A DNA stretch of 64,000 nt, taken from NCBI GenBank assembly GCA_000165425.1, contig CT867986.1, positions 511,399 to 575,398 of the forward strand. The letters run 5' to 3'. Made by a program: the position numbers and the translations under genes. Origin of the DNA: Paramecium tetraurelia. Taxonomy: Eukaryota. The notes below the pieces were generated by a model. That model did not search any database. It worked only from the letters and a program-made list of their open reading frames with translations, and was not told where the DNA came from. How positions within the stretch are numbered: the stretch's first letter is position 1; each line of letters opens with the position of its first letter. Below, piece by piece: positions 38,941-51,847 of the stretch.

Positions 38941-40064
38941 TCAAACCTTAATGTTTGAGAAATCTACGCTTTAAACAAGAGCTAAAGCTTATTCACTGAC
39001 TCCCAATTCTCTTGTGAATTCATTTTTAGTGTTGGTGTAGATGTCAGTCTCTTCAGCATAAGTGTTATTTTCCAATTCTAATTCGGCAGTGTATTATTTT
39101 TGATCGGCAGCTCTTTAGTCTCTAAATTCAACCATGGAATCGATTTTTTCTATTATAATAGATGTCATATTTACCATTGGTAGCAGTCAAATCAACGGTT
39201 GCTCTGTCAATTTATCTTCCGAATTCAGAGAACTCATCATCCAATTATTCAAGATAAGCTTCATGATCAATAACATCTTAAGCTTCTTGGGCTGTTAACT
39301 CATTGATTTAATCAACGACTGCATTTCTAAAATCATTAAGAGCATCAACGATAGATTTCAAAACATCTTGATTTGAAAAGTTTTAATTTGATGCTAAACT
39401 TATGAGTGCCTTGATCATTGGTGCCATTCTAGATCTTGATCTCAATTTATTTTCGATGTTTTTCAATGTATTTTAGAATCTCTTAATTTGGAGTAATGAT
39501 GGATTGGTCAAGGAAGCCAAAAGACTAAGAGCATCGTCAACTGAAGAAGTAGCATCATTCAATTCAGCAACTTAAGCTTCGAATGCATCATGCTCTTATC
39601 CTCTAACTAGGATAGCTTCATCATAGAGCTTTCTGTTTTCCTCTTAATATCCAATAACGGTATCAATTTTGCTTTAGATTTGACTTCTTCTTGGATAAAG
39701 TAAGTTGTCAAGAGTGTCTTATGTGTTGTTGACGTCTAAGAATATAATTTTGCTTAATACCTATAACAGCATCTTGAATGTCTTGTTCAAGACTAACAAC
39801 TAAGGCATTGTGTTCGTTTGTTCTCACTTGGAAATTGAATTCAAGTGTCTCTAATTCCTCCTCTAAGTCATTGATGAGTTCTTCGATAGCATCAATCAAT
39901 TCTTAAACTGGACCTCCTGCCATTGAGTGTAACTCAACCAAATGAAGTAGTGCACTTCCATATGTACTCTTTGCTAATTCAGCTTGGATTTTAGCCATGT
40001 TTCTTTCTTAAACTCTAGCTGTAAAGGCTACAGCAATAAGGGCAATCAGTATTATGGATTTCAT
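38941..40064 (-). CDS. TMP: Trichocyst matrix protein precursor (TMP / Grl-like)
   Basis: Signal peptide MKSIILIALIAVAFTA, pro-region ..ELHSMAG|GPVQELIDAIEELINDLEEE, acidic heptads, basic spacer SLLQIKRFQ. One short intron. Confidence 0.92.
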
Positions 40065-40117
40065 GAATTAATATTAATTAAATAAAAACGACTTTGCCTA
40101 ATTATCAATATCATAAA

Positions 40118-41314
40118 TCAATCACTAAATAATTCTGGTGTTTCTGGTGCTAGACAATCAGAATTCCAACATGTACTAACTCGTTTTGAAACATTTTCAA
40201 CCTTTTTACTTCTCGCATCTTCATAAAAGAAGTTTTGTTTGCTAACTTCTTACTGCAACTGTCTCTACTGTCTAAATTCATTTTCTCGCTTCACTCTCAT
40301 GAATAAAACAAAATTACCTTATATTTATGATTTAATCCTTCTTTTATAGTTCTTGTTGTCAAAGATGGACGTCGCATGAGGCTGTTTGTAATTATATCTT
40401 TGGAAGTTTGCTAGAATTTGCTAATTGGATTGGATTATTCATTTGATTTATTTATCATTAATGATTAGGTTCTTACTATTGTTTTTGAAGTCTACTAAGT
40501 CTAAGGAACTACTTAAGATATTTATTATGATATTTATTAGGATAATTGCTAAGACATATATTAAGAATCTTTTAAAGATTCTTTCTTCGAAATTTCATCA
40601 TCTTTAAATTGTTGAAATTTTCTTCGTTTTTCTGCAGATACTTTTTAAGTTTGTTTCTATTCCTCAAGATATCCAATACATTTTTACATATTTTTGCCTT
40701 TAAAAAATTTATTTAGGTAAGTTATGAATTAATTGTTCTTACTTTTACAATTTTATATTATGCATAAAAAGAAACTATCAGGTTTCATCTCATAGACTTA
40801 AGATTAAGTTTAAAGTAATAAGAATATCTTAATGAGATCACCTCCATACTTCTATTTGTAATCTACATTTTAGATTTCGAAATATTTTTTGCACTCAAAT
40901 TAGACTAAAATACATTACAATCTTAAAAGTGTTTATAATAAATACAAGTCAATCTAGAGATCTATTTTATAAATACTTAGTTTAAGTTAGAAAATGCCCA
41001 TGCTTAAAAATAGATAATTTCATTTTTTCTCAAATGACATGATTGAATTTCTTTAAAATCTATAATGTAGTCATCTGAAATTATTTTAGGATATAACATA
41101 AATCCGTCTTAAGTTTTTAATTTTATTGCCAAAGCCACAGCCAAATTTTTTAGTTCACAAAAATACTCTATAATTGATTTAATTCTCTCTTGCCTACCTT
41201 AAAATATACAATCTACTTATCAAGGTTATTTGCTCTTTCTGCTAATAAATCTAGTTGAGTATGAAGATAGTTAGGAAATGTTTCTAAGAGATAATTTTTA
41301 TTGTTAATACTCAT
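40118..41314 (-). CDS. Hypothetical protein with Q-rich C-terminal half
   Basis: ATG 41314 (MSINNKNYLLETFPNYLH), short introns, ends LAPETPELFSD-TGA. Some intron boundaries are uncertain. Confidence 0.6.
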
Positions 41315-41669
41315 TATTTATAATAATAATCTCAAATTTTCACTACAATCCATAAATTGTAGCTGTTTTATAATTTCAACCTCAACCTTATTCGAATAGG
41401 AAGACACAAAGAAGTTCAAAAAGCGATATTATTAAGAGAAGAGAAGATTTATCGTACAACACTTTAGCAATCAAAAAATCCTTGTTTTTATCTAAAATAT
41501 GAGTAACCTTTAAATTGTGCTACTCTTTTGAAATATAAATCAAGATGCTTTATTTGAAGCTAAACGTGTATTAATATAATCATTTATACTTGATTATAAG
41601 ATCACAATATTATTTTCTACAATTTTAGCATAATCTATAGATCTCGTTTATTTATATTATAATAATTTT

Positions 41670-42355
41670 TCATTTTTAGATTTCTTTCTCTTTTCCTTAT
41701 TTTACAACTTTTTAATCCTACTTATCTTTATTTTCATCCTTATTTTATTCATCCTTTGTTGCCACCTCATCAATCAATTTTTAGACTTTCATTATAGGTT
41801 TTTTGGTCACTACCGTAATTTGGAATGTTGTATAATCTTGTAATTCTGGACTGTAAAAGTTTTCTATTTATAATGTGAATTATCCATAAGTAGTAATTTT
41901 GTTAACCATAGACAACATATGATTTTTTGTGATCTATTGTAAATATGCATAATACTTGCAATTTGAACCTTTATTGAACTTCCTCGATAATTAATTTGTC
42001 ATCTATTGGGTCTTTAAGAAGACTTGGATTCGAAAATTTAGGAGGCCTAACAAATTCTAAATGGATTCCTGCAATTTTTTGTTAAAACAACTTGATATCC
42101 TTTCTTCTCTAGATTTTATTTTCTAACTTCTCTTCATCAAGATCGGGTAATAATCTATGATTGAAAATTGAATTCAAAGTACCTTCTTCTATATCCTGGC
42201 AGATTCTAATATGCCATGGCCATTGGAAAGAGATATTTCTCAAAAAATCCAGGTTTTACAATGCGTATTTCTCCTTAAAATCCTTGTACGCAATCTTTTA
42301 AAAAAAATATTTCCATTCTCTATTTTGAGAAGAAGTATTGTAAACCTCTTTTCAT
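41670..42355 (-). CDS. Mitochondrial ribosomal protein bL9m
   Basis: Presequence-like MKRGLQYFFSKQR, then MEIFFLKDCVQGFQGEIRIVKPGFFEKYLFPMAMAY, which matches the L9 N-domain pattern. Two short introns. Confidence 0.7.
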
Positions 42356-42400
42356 TAAATTTAATTACAGTATATTATTTATTGGATATTAATTTAAATT

Positions 42401-43942
42401 ATGGAAGGTATCATAACTTAATTTGGCATATTATTTCTACTGGCGGCTCTCTTCATTTTTGATGGGCTATTCAAATTAGTGCCATTATATGCAATCATAG
42501 CCGAAGTCTATTCATTATATTTGGATAGCTAAAAGAGAACACCTCAATAAAAAGAGTTGCTTAAAAATTAAAAATTGACTTGGCAAGAATTGAAAAAACA
42601 CGACAACTAATCCTCAGCCTATGTGGCAATCAAAGGAAAAGTATATGATGTTACCTCATTTTTGAACAGCCATCCTGGAGGAAGAGAATTTTTATTGTTG
42701 AATTGTGGAAGAGATGCTACTCTTGCATTTCAATCATACCATCCCTTTTCTGATAAACCTGAGAAATTACTCGAGAAATATTTGATTGGAGATCTTTTGA
42801 CGACTGAGTGGCCAACTTTCAAGCCAGACTCTGGATTTTATAAGGAATGCACAGAGAGAGTTAAGAAATATTTTTAGTCTAAAGGGATAAATCCTAAAAC
42901 TCCAACTCCAGGACTTGTCAGAGCAATCCCATTGTGGACTTGTTTCTTCTATACATTTTATTTAACATTTGTAAGTGATTCACTTGGCTTGACTAAAAGA
43001 ATTTTAATAGGCACCATTTTTGGTATTTTATAAGCATTAAATACTTTACATTTAATGCATGATGCATCTCATGGGGCTGCTGGAAATAATGAAAAATGGT
43101 GGTGGTTCTTTGGTAGACTTACCTTAGATTATATATCTGGATCATCTATGGTGGCTTGGTAGAATTAACATGTCGTTGGACATCATTAATACACAAATAT
43201 TATGGGATCAGATCCAGATATCCCTTAATTGAAAGAAGGAGATGTTAGAAGACTAGTCAAGGAATAAATTTGGAGTGCTATGTATAAATATTAACATTTG
43301 TACATGCCTTTTCTATATGGTTTATTATCACTTAGATCAAGATATTATGATGTTTTTGAAATATTTTTAAAGGAAACTGACGGTCCTGTTAAAGTTAATC
43401 CAATCTCTTTATAGGACAAGTTACGATAAGCCAGCAGTAAACTACTATGGCTATTTTGGAGATACTATTTGCCTGTTTAAGTTTTTGGAATGAGTTAATG
43501 CTAATTTTGGTTCCTTTTCATTTATGTGGAATTCATAACTGGATATTGGTTGGCTATTAATTTCTAGGTTTCTCATGTGTCTGATGAAGCTGAATTCTTC
43601 TATAATAATATGGATAAGGCAGTCAAAAATGGTACAAATGAACAATGGCCAATTGAATGGGCTGTTCTATAAATTAAGAGTTCAGTGGATTATAGTCATG
43701 GTAATTGGTTTATGACTTACCTATGTGGAGCCTTGAATTATTAAGTCGTTCATCATCTATATCCAGGAGTGAGTCAATACTTATATCCAGAAATAGCTCC
43801 TATTATTTTAGAGGTTTGTAAAAAATATAATCTTAAATATAACCTCCTTCCTGGATTCAAGGAAGCATGGAATGGTCATTTTAATCATTTAAAAAACATG
43901 GGTAAACAAAATAAATTTGTTGGTTTTGCCAAAATGGAATGA
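42401..43942 (+). CDS. Front-end (delta-5-type) fatty acid desaturase with cytochrome b5 domain, 513 aa, intronless
   Basis: b5 motif HPGG. His boxes HDASH, QHVVGHHQYTN and QVVHHLYP (Q-box typical of front-end desaturases). The frame is 1,542 nt and uninterrupted. Confidence 0.95.
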
Positions 43943-44242
43943 TTAATTCTATTTTAAAAAATAACAAAATTATTATATCGTTTAATTATACAATCTTATA
44001 TTAATAATATTATATAAGTAAATATTATTATTATTATTAAAGATTAACATTATATTTTACATTTAAAGTCTTGAAAAATACTTGAATATAAGTATAAATT
44101 AAGAATCTATTCATTCTTATTGATTTGGTTACGAAATTGTAAATAAGAATGGAAATAACATTCGTTTATGAATATAAACACTCATTAGAATAATGAATGT
44201 AGACTGTTAAAATACTTTAAATAAATTTTATTTAACAATTAA

Positions 44243-45687
44243 TCATTAGATCAAATTTTCATTTTCATCTCTAACTTTTGATGTTTGGTTCTACCATAAA
44301 GCATCAATTTCTTTATCATTTAAGTTTTTGGTTTCTTTTATAAATATCATAAAATAAACTGTTGCCACTCCCATCATGATTCCAAAGTAATAAAATGTAT
44401 AGCACATTCCAAATGAATCTCTTATGACAGGGAATAAGAATGTGATTGTAATATTGAATGACCATTAAAAGATGAGGGCTATAGTTAGGTAAATTCCAGA
44501 GAGAATTTCAGGTGTATAAAGAGGAATAATTGCTCCAAAAGTATTGAAGAAGACCCCAAAATATAAATAAATAGCGATTACTATGTAGACGACAACAACG
44601 GATTTTAATGTTGTATCATTATATTCTGAATTATCATTAATAGCCGAACTAATACCAGTACTGATTAAAACAGCAGCGAGAATTCCTGTTCCTATAATTA
44701 GGGGCATTCTTCTTCCATATTTTTAAGTCAATTAAGCACCTGTTGAATAAAAGATGAATTTGATAATACTCATTCCTATTGTCAATATTTATGCCACTGT
44801 TATCGTAGTAACTTACTAAAATATCTTAGTGGAATAGGAAATAATAGGAGTAATACCTGAATTAGAATAAAATATGTTAATCATAATTCCTAAAAATACT
44901 CTTGCATTAGGTAATGTTTTTTCTACATTCCTTTTGTTTACTAAATTTTCAAGATCTTATTTTAATTTTGATACATCCTCATCTTGATATAGATGTCCCA
45001 GAAATTCTTCTGCTGCCTAAGCTAATTTAAATACTAGCATATACCATTGCCTGACTATATTGAAAATATTGGAGATTCAAAGGGAAAATAAAATTTCAAT
45101 AAGAGACTCCTAGTGATACAGATAATTATAGGAGGCAAAAGATAAAATCTCCAGTAACTCATATCAACAGATGTCTATCCTTTGACATCTCTGAAACCCA
45201 AAGCCATAAACGATTATACAATTGTTCCTAGAGACAATCTACATATATTTAATATATACAAGACTAAGTTTTGCCCTCCCAAGACTCCATAAATTTGAGT
45301 AGGAATGATTTCTTTCAAAAACATTGGTGTCACTAAAGTTGTCAATCCACTACCAATTCCAGCAATCACTCGAAAAAATATAAAGGTATTATAGTTCTAA
45401 ATGTTTAATCCTGCAGTCCCAATAATCAGTAGTAAATCAATCAAATATAGCATTAGTCTTCTTGAAGTTGTTTTGACTATTAAAATTCCAATTACACATC
45501 CAACCAATCCACCAAAATTAAAGGAAGTCATCATCGCTCCCTCTTTAAATGATGAGTCTATATCAATCCATATTCTGATATGGTCTAAGGGACCATTGAT
45601 TATATAAGAATTATAAGCAAAACTAAATGTTGCTAGTGCAACACTATATGTCATAAGTAAACATTGTTAAAATGATTTATATGACAT
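44243..45687 (-). CDS. MFS sugar porter family transporter
   Basis: About 12 hydrophobic segments, SRRLML, FRVIAGIGSG, EIIPTQIYG, ESP, KYGRRMPLIIG, PLYTPEIL, KETKNLNDKEID. Confidence 0.9.
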
Positions 45688-46403
45688 TATATTATTAATT
45701 ATATTATTCACTTTACACTGTCACTATAATATACGCCATCCTAAATCCATTTAGCAACATAATTCCTAAAAGTAGTTCTAATACAAAGTTGGTACTCAAT
45801 AATAAAGTCCAGATATTTTATCATTATATAATCAATAAATTTAATACATATATGGACTACTTTTTAGGAAATGTTACATAAATATTTAAAACCATCTTAT
45901 TCTAGTAAGATTAACAATAGATTTTAGGGAATCATTCTAGTAAACCTTCATAAATTAGTTTTTTTCATAATTTCCATATTTTCCACCAAAAAGCACAATA
46001 TGGATTTATAATAGGTTTTTAGATATTAGCTTAATTTCAAAGCTTGATTTCTATGTTAAATTCACCTAAAAGGCTTGTCTCCATAAAAATAGTGATTAAA
46101 ATAGGGTTTCCCTTAATAAGGACTACCTCAATCTAAATCAAAAATTTAAGGTAAATTGCAGAAAAAAAGATCGTAAATTTATTTAATCTAAAATTATCAA
46201 TTTTTGTTGTCAATAAAAATCAAAAAGATTAATCAGAAAACAACTTTGTATCAGTTTTAAAAAGAGTTTTTAGATTAGGAAAGATTTTGTAAATAAGAAA
46301 AAGAGAGTTCATTTTATGCTGGTGTAGTTAGATTGCTGATTTTTCTTTACTCCGAATAATCTAAAATTTATAAAAAGAGTTATATATATATAATTATTAA
46401 ATT

Positions 46404-47535
46404 ATGAAAGTTAGAAGTGGTTGTTCCTAATATCCAAGTCTCTTACAAATATTCATCATAGTCTTTTATGTCTTAAACACTGTGATGACGTATATACATA
46501 TTATGATTCTCGAAGAACATGTAATATTATTATGTATTTAGACTGCACATTACATAATTTTCTCCATTTTGCTTTCAATTTCAGGTTATTTTTGTATAAA
46601 AACCACTATTTGTGATCCCACTGATAGTTATGTGATTTAATAATAAAAAAGTAGAGGGTATTTAGATTATTTAGCCTTTAGTACACCTTTTGATTACGAA
46701 GAACATCAACTCAACTAATTTTGTGAACTTTGCATAGCATATGTGAAGGAGACCACAAAACATTGTAAATAATGTAACAGGTAATTAACAACTACTATTA
46801 GATGTTGCGAAGACTTTGACCATCATTGTAGATGGATCAATAATTGTGTGGGAGGAAAAAATTATAAATAATTTATAGGAATGATCGTCTTTACGTTTAT
46901 CATCCTAATTTATTCAATTATTGTGAATGGCAGAGTGATAAGTTAATACAACAAATAGGAACTAGAAACCTTAACTGTAAATTTTCACTTTATGAAAGAT
47001 CTATTCTAAATATAAAAGGTCCCTACTAATAATCACCATAGTGTTGTTAGTTCTGGAAACAATTGCTTCACTGCTTCTCCTCTAATTAATAGTTTTTCAC
47101 ATATATCTTTGGAAAAAAGGTATTTCAACTTATGAATATATAATATAAAGGAGAAGTAAATAAGTTTAACCTTCCAATTTCTCAGAATTCAATATTATCA
47201 ATAATCAAGAGAGCAAAATGGATATTATTAAAAATAATCGAGAACAAGAAGAGCAATCAGTCGTGTTTAGAAAAGATAAGGAAAAACAGGCAAGCTAAAT
47301 TTATACGAATTCCGAATTGATGAAAAAGGATGAATCGCTTTGTTCTTCAAAGAAAAATAGTTAATCTATATTGTAAAAGCGAAAACTCACACAAGGAGAC
47401 AGTGACGATTCTCAAAAGGAAGGCGTTATCAATTTCTTTTCTTAACGAATCTAATCGAATGTAGATCTTAGATTACAAAGTCGCTAAATGAATACCATTG
47501 ATGTTAAAACACCTGAGATAACCCAATTTTAATGA
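46404..47535 (+). CDS. DHHC protein S-acyltransferase (ZDHHC1/11-like)
   Basis: CELCIAYVKETTKHCKQCNR|CCEDFDHHCRWINNCVGGKNY, GISTYEYI (TTxE-like), four TM segments. Confidence 0.93.
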
Positions 47536-47586
47536 ATGAATTACTTAAGTATAAATAATTAACAAAATTATTTTGGAAATAATTGA

Positions 47587-48550
47587 TCAAAATCTTTTCT
47601 CTATTAATGCTTGCTACCGCCAACTTTCGCTGAATTCATTCATTTAAGCCATAAATTCATCTTGGTAACCTTTAAGGACTTTGTTTTTAATAGGCTTTAG
47701 ATTGAGAGATAGACCTTTTTTATAAATTGGTTAATTTAACGTTGAAGGATCGACTAGTAATAAATTTACATGTTTACCAAATGGAAAGGAATCCTCTTCA
47801 GAACTATACTTAATCTGTTCATCGTATACTGCTTCATTCAAATCATGTTTAACTTTACAAGTCTCCACATTATCCTAAAATTATATCTATTTTTATAATC
47901 CAATAATTTTTTATTAATCTTTTTTTTTTAATCTCAAAGTATTTAAAATATGTTAAAAGTCTTCGCTCCTGGTTCTGTGTTATAATTGAATTGGACATTT
48001 TTATTTTTGTAATTCTTAATTTTTAGTTTCCAACTCTTAAATTAGATTTAGAACATGCTAGGATAGAGTATCAATATCAGATTGAATTTTGTTTGCCAAC
48101 AGTAAAAAACTTTTTTTTAATTCAGAAAAGAGAACTATTTTTAGGGGCTGTTCTCGTTGTTCCATTCTATCAAGAATTTGTAGAAATGAAGAGAAAGTGA
48201 ATTCGTTGTAATTGGCACATTCATTTGCTAAACTAGACTCAAGTACTTTACTTTAATGAGTAATACTCTTACATATTTTTCAAATCTTAAAAGCTTGAAG
48301 CATCTTCGCATGTGTTATATTAACGAATTCTTTTGGCTATTTTTTCTTTGATAGTCGAGACCACACTATTTTGATTAGGCGAATGCAATCCTTAACACAC
48401 AGAACTCACCAACCTCTAGTGTAATTGAGAGTAATGGTAGTTATTGGTTTTGGTAATTGATAGATTAGGACTGGAACGATGCAAGTTCTTCTACGATTAT
48501 CTCTGTATTTTACTAATAATCTAATCCAAATGAGATGTCTTATTATTCAT
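47587..48550 (-). CDS. Hypothetical coiled-coil protein ending GYQDEFMAQMNEFSESWRQQALIEKRF
   Basis: ATG 48550, frame open in the ciliate code to TGA 47587-47589. Confidence 0.7.
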
Positions 48551-48560
48551 TAATTTAATT

Positions 48561-50029
48561 ATGAGCAGATATCCATAAGTCTTTTTAGATTTTCAAATAG
48601 GTACTTAAGCAGCAGGGAGAGTTATCTTTGAATTGTTCAATGATGTGACACCAAAGACAGCTGAAAACTTCAGAGGACTCTGTACTGGCGAATATGGTAA
48701 TGTGGGTATGGCAAAAAAAACTAAAAAATTACATTATTTGAATACAAACGTGTTTAGGATAGCAGACAACATGTTGATTCAAGGAGGAGACATTATAAAC
48801 AATGATGGAACTGGGGTATAATAATTTAAAATTTTAGGGTGCTTCAATATATAGTTAAACATTCGTAGACGAGAATTTTTCAAGAAGACATGCCTGTGCA
48901 GGTTTGTTGTCTATGGCAAACAGAGGAAGGAATACAAATAATTCTCAGTTTTTCATTACTCTAAAGCCATGTCCCCATTTGGATGGAAAACATGTGGTAT
49001 TTGGATAGGTGATTGACGGCATAGAAGTAATCAAAAGAGTAGGTCAGGTGCCAGTTGATATGTAGGATAGACCAAGAATTCCAGTTATTATAATTAATTG
49101 CGGTGAGGTCTCAGAATCTAAAAATTGGTTGATTTGTGATCCTTTTAAAAAGGAGATTATGGATGAAATTCATAGAGATAGATTAAAGGCATTATATGGA
49201 TAAGAATATCTGGATGAGTTGGATAAGGAGGAAGAATAAAAACTATAGGCCTTGAATCCTGAAAAGTTTAAGTAATAAAGTCTAGAAAATGAGGAGGAAA
49301 GCAATAAGTAATTGTTGGTCGAATAGTTACTATAGAAAACAACAGAAGACTAGGAATAAGAAGATGATTCATAAGAAAATTTGGACTAATTTGAAGGCAA
49401 AAAATTTATGACGTAGAAGCATAAAGATAGGTATTTTGAATTAAAAAAGAAAATCCAACAATCTAAAGTATTAAATGACAAGGCAGTTTTGAATGAGGAA
49501 AGGTAAAATACTGATGCTTAATATGATAAAAATCTAAGAAAAGGAAAATATCTTTAGAAAAAGGAGGCGGAAAAATAAGAACTTCAATTCAAATAAATAG
49601 ATGAGGACAAGGATTACTTGAATAGAATGACAGTTAAACATGATGAGGAATAAGAGAAAAAAAAGGAGTATTTCGGGTGGGATGTATTTAATGAGGATGC
49701 TGTGTATAATGCTTATAAAAAAAGATGCACCACTTTGGCCAAGAATGAAGGAAAGTATAAGCAATAAATGGGTATTTAATTTTCATTAATCGTTAGAAAG
49801 CAATTAGGAATTTGTGCCTACGAATGAAGCTTTGGAGAGACTGAGTTCTGATATCACAAAATAATAGGATAGGAGAAAAGAGTTCTCAAGGAGAAGAAGA
49901 TTCAATGAAGATCAACCAGTGACTTACATCAATGAGAGAAATAGGATCTTCAATAAGAAGTTAGAGAGATTCTTTGGAGATTATGCTGCAGACATCAAAG
50001 CTAATTTAGAAAGAGGAACTGCATCTTGA
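48561..50029 (+). CDS. SYF2: Cyclophilin-SYF2 fusion (spliceosomal)
   Basis: Cyclophilin motifs: [55 protein letters not shown]2 motifs: [47 protein letters not shown]. Confidence 0.93.
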
Positions 50030-50084
50030 TAAAATTATATATTTTATTATACCATTAAGGGTCAAAAATTAAATAAATATCAAA

Positions 50085-51830
50085 ATGCAATCAACATCTT
50101 AAAGGAATCTCTTGCTGACTAGTCCTACTAAGTATCAAAATCCTATGAAATTCAATCAAACTCCAGACGACACAGGGAAGCAGAAACAATACTTCATCAA
50201 AGACAAGGAAGCCATGTTTGAGGAAATTCAAACTCTGAAACAAAGCAAAAACCAATTGTTCATCAACATAAAGAAGCTTCAAGCTCAGGTGCAATATTAC
50301 AAGAAGGAGGCTATGTACAAGGAAGAGAGCAGTCCCCTTAAAAGTTCATCCAGATTCAAACAATTGTATTAGGAGAGAATCGCTATTCTAGAGGTTAATA
50401 TAAATAAAATTCTAAGGAAGAAAATTCTAAATTGCATCAACAATTAGAGGAAATATAAGCTTTTGTGAGTTCGCTCAAAAATCCATTAAGTCAAACTAAT
50501 TTAGAACTCTTTAGTTTACAACTATAAAACGATAACCAACAACTGACCACATTGTTGGAGGACAAAGAAAATGAAAACCAGGAACTTAAGGTATTAGCAA
50601 TAATTATACTTAGAAAGCCAACAACAAATTAACGATCAAATGTAATGCCTTATAGATCCAACAAAATAAACTTAAAGCACTTAATAATTAATTATTATTA
50701 GAGATTAACGAATTGAAGAAAAAATAACATCAATATGAAAGTAGGATTTCCTAAAAAGATATTCCTAGAGTCGATGAAAAATTTTAAATTGAATTTGAGC
50801 AAACGAAATTAGAAATTAGAAAATTCTAACAATAGTTAAAACAACAAGAACAATCATTTACTAATCAATTACAATTAGAACACGAGAAGATAGAGAAATT
50901 AGAAAAAAGAAACAAAGAACTTTAAAAAACTGTTTCACTTCTTGAAAACAAATATGAACAAGAAAAAGTCAACTATCAACAATTATAATAATCGTAGAAG
51001 TTCATCAGGAGGACTGTGATTCTCAAAACAATTTAACCTGAAGAACCAGAAAAATATATTGAATAAGAAACAAAAATTAGAAAATTGGGTTCAGTCGAAA
51101 AAAGTGAAATTTTACATGTTGCCAAGAAAATTAAATTAAACCTAATAGCTTAATAAGTCTCATTAAAAAAAGTAGAAGAATACCTTCTTACTAATGAGAT
51201 TCTTACTTTATAATAATTAGAGGAGAATTTGAGTTGTCACATCTTTGGATTAGTTGAAGAAGAGGAGATTTCATAGTTAGCTGCATATTTGGCAGATCTT
51301 GAGAATGATGAAGTTGAAACTACAGCTCTAAGAGTTAAAAGTATATTTAAGAATTTAATGGAAAATTATACTATTTTGACCAATAATGAATTGTCAGCCA
51401 TCAATCAGAGCATTGCATTAAAACGAACTTAAATTAATGAATATTTAACAAAGAAACATCCTCAGATATTTTCAATTGGATCCATAAGTATTGATGTAAG
51501 ATTATTAATTAATACATTAAGCAATATTTGGATTCATTACAGAATCTAGAAATTTAATTTAACAAAAATGAAATCGACCATTTAGTAGCATTAATCACAA
51601 AGTACAATAGATCACCTAGAGTCTTATTGCAATAAATTTATGCTCCTTTCTACATTTGTAATGAACCCATTTCTGATGATGAGGAATCGACCTTTAATTA
51701 ACCTGTTGCATAATTGCATAATCCTATGTAATTGTCAGAAGATGAAGAATAAATGAGTGCTTTAGACATTAAAATGTGCAATTCACAGGAGTTAAGAAAG
51801 AAGAGTCATACTGAACTCCCTTAATTTTGA
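50085..51830 (+). CDS. Hypothetical coiled-coil protein
   Basis: ATG 50085, KDKEAMFEEIQTLKQ..heptads, three short introns, TGA 51828-51830. Confidence 0.75.
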
Positions 51831-51847
51831 TTTTTTATATATTTATA

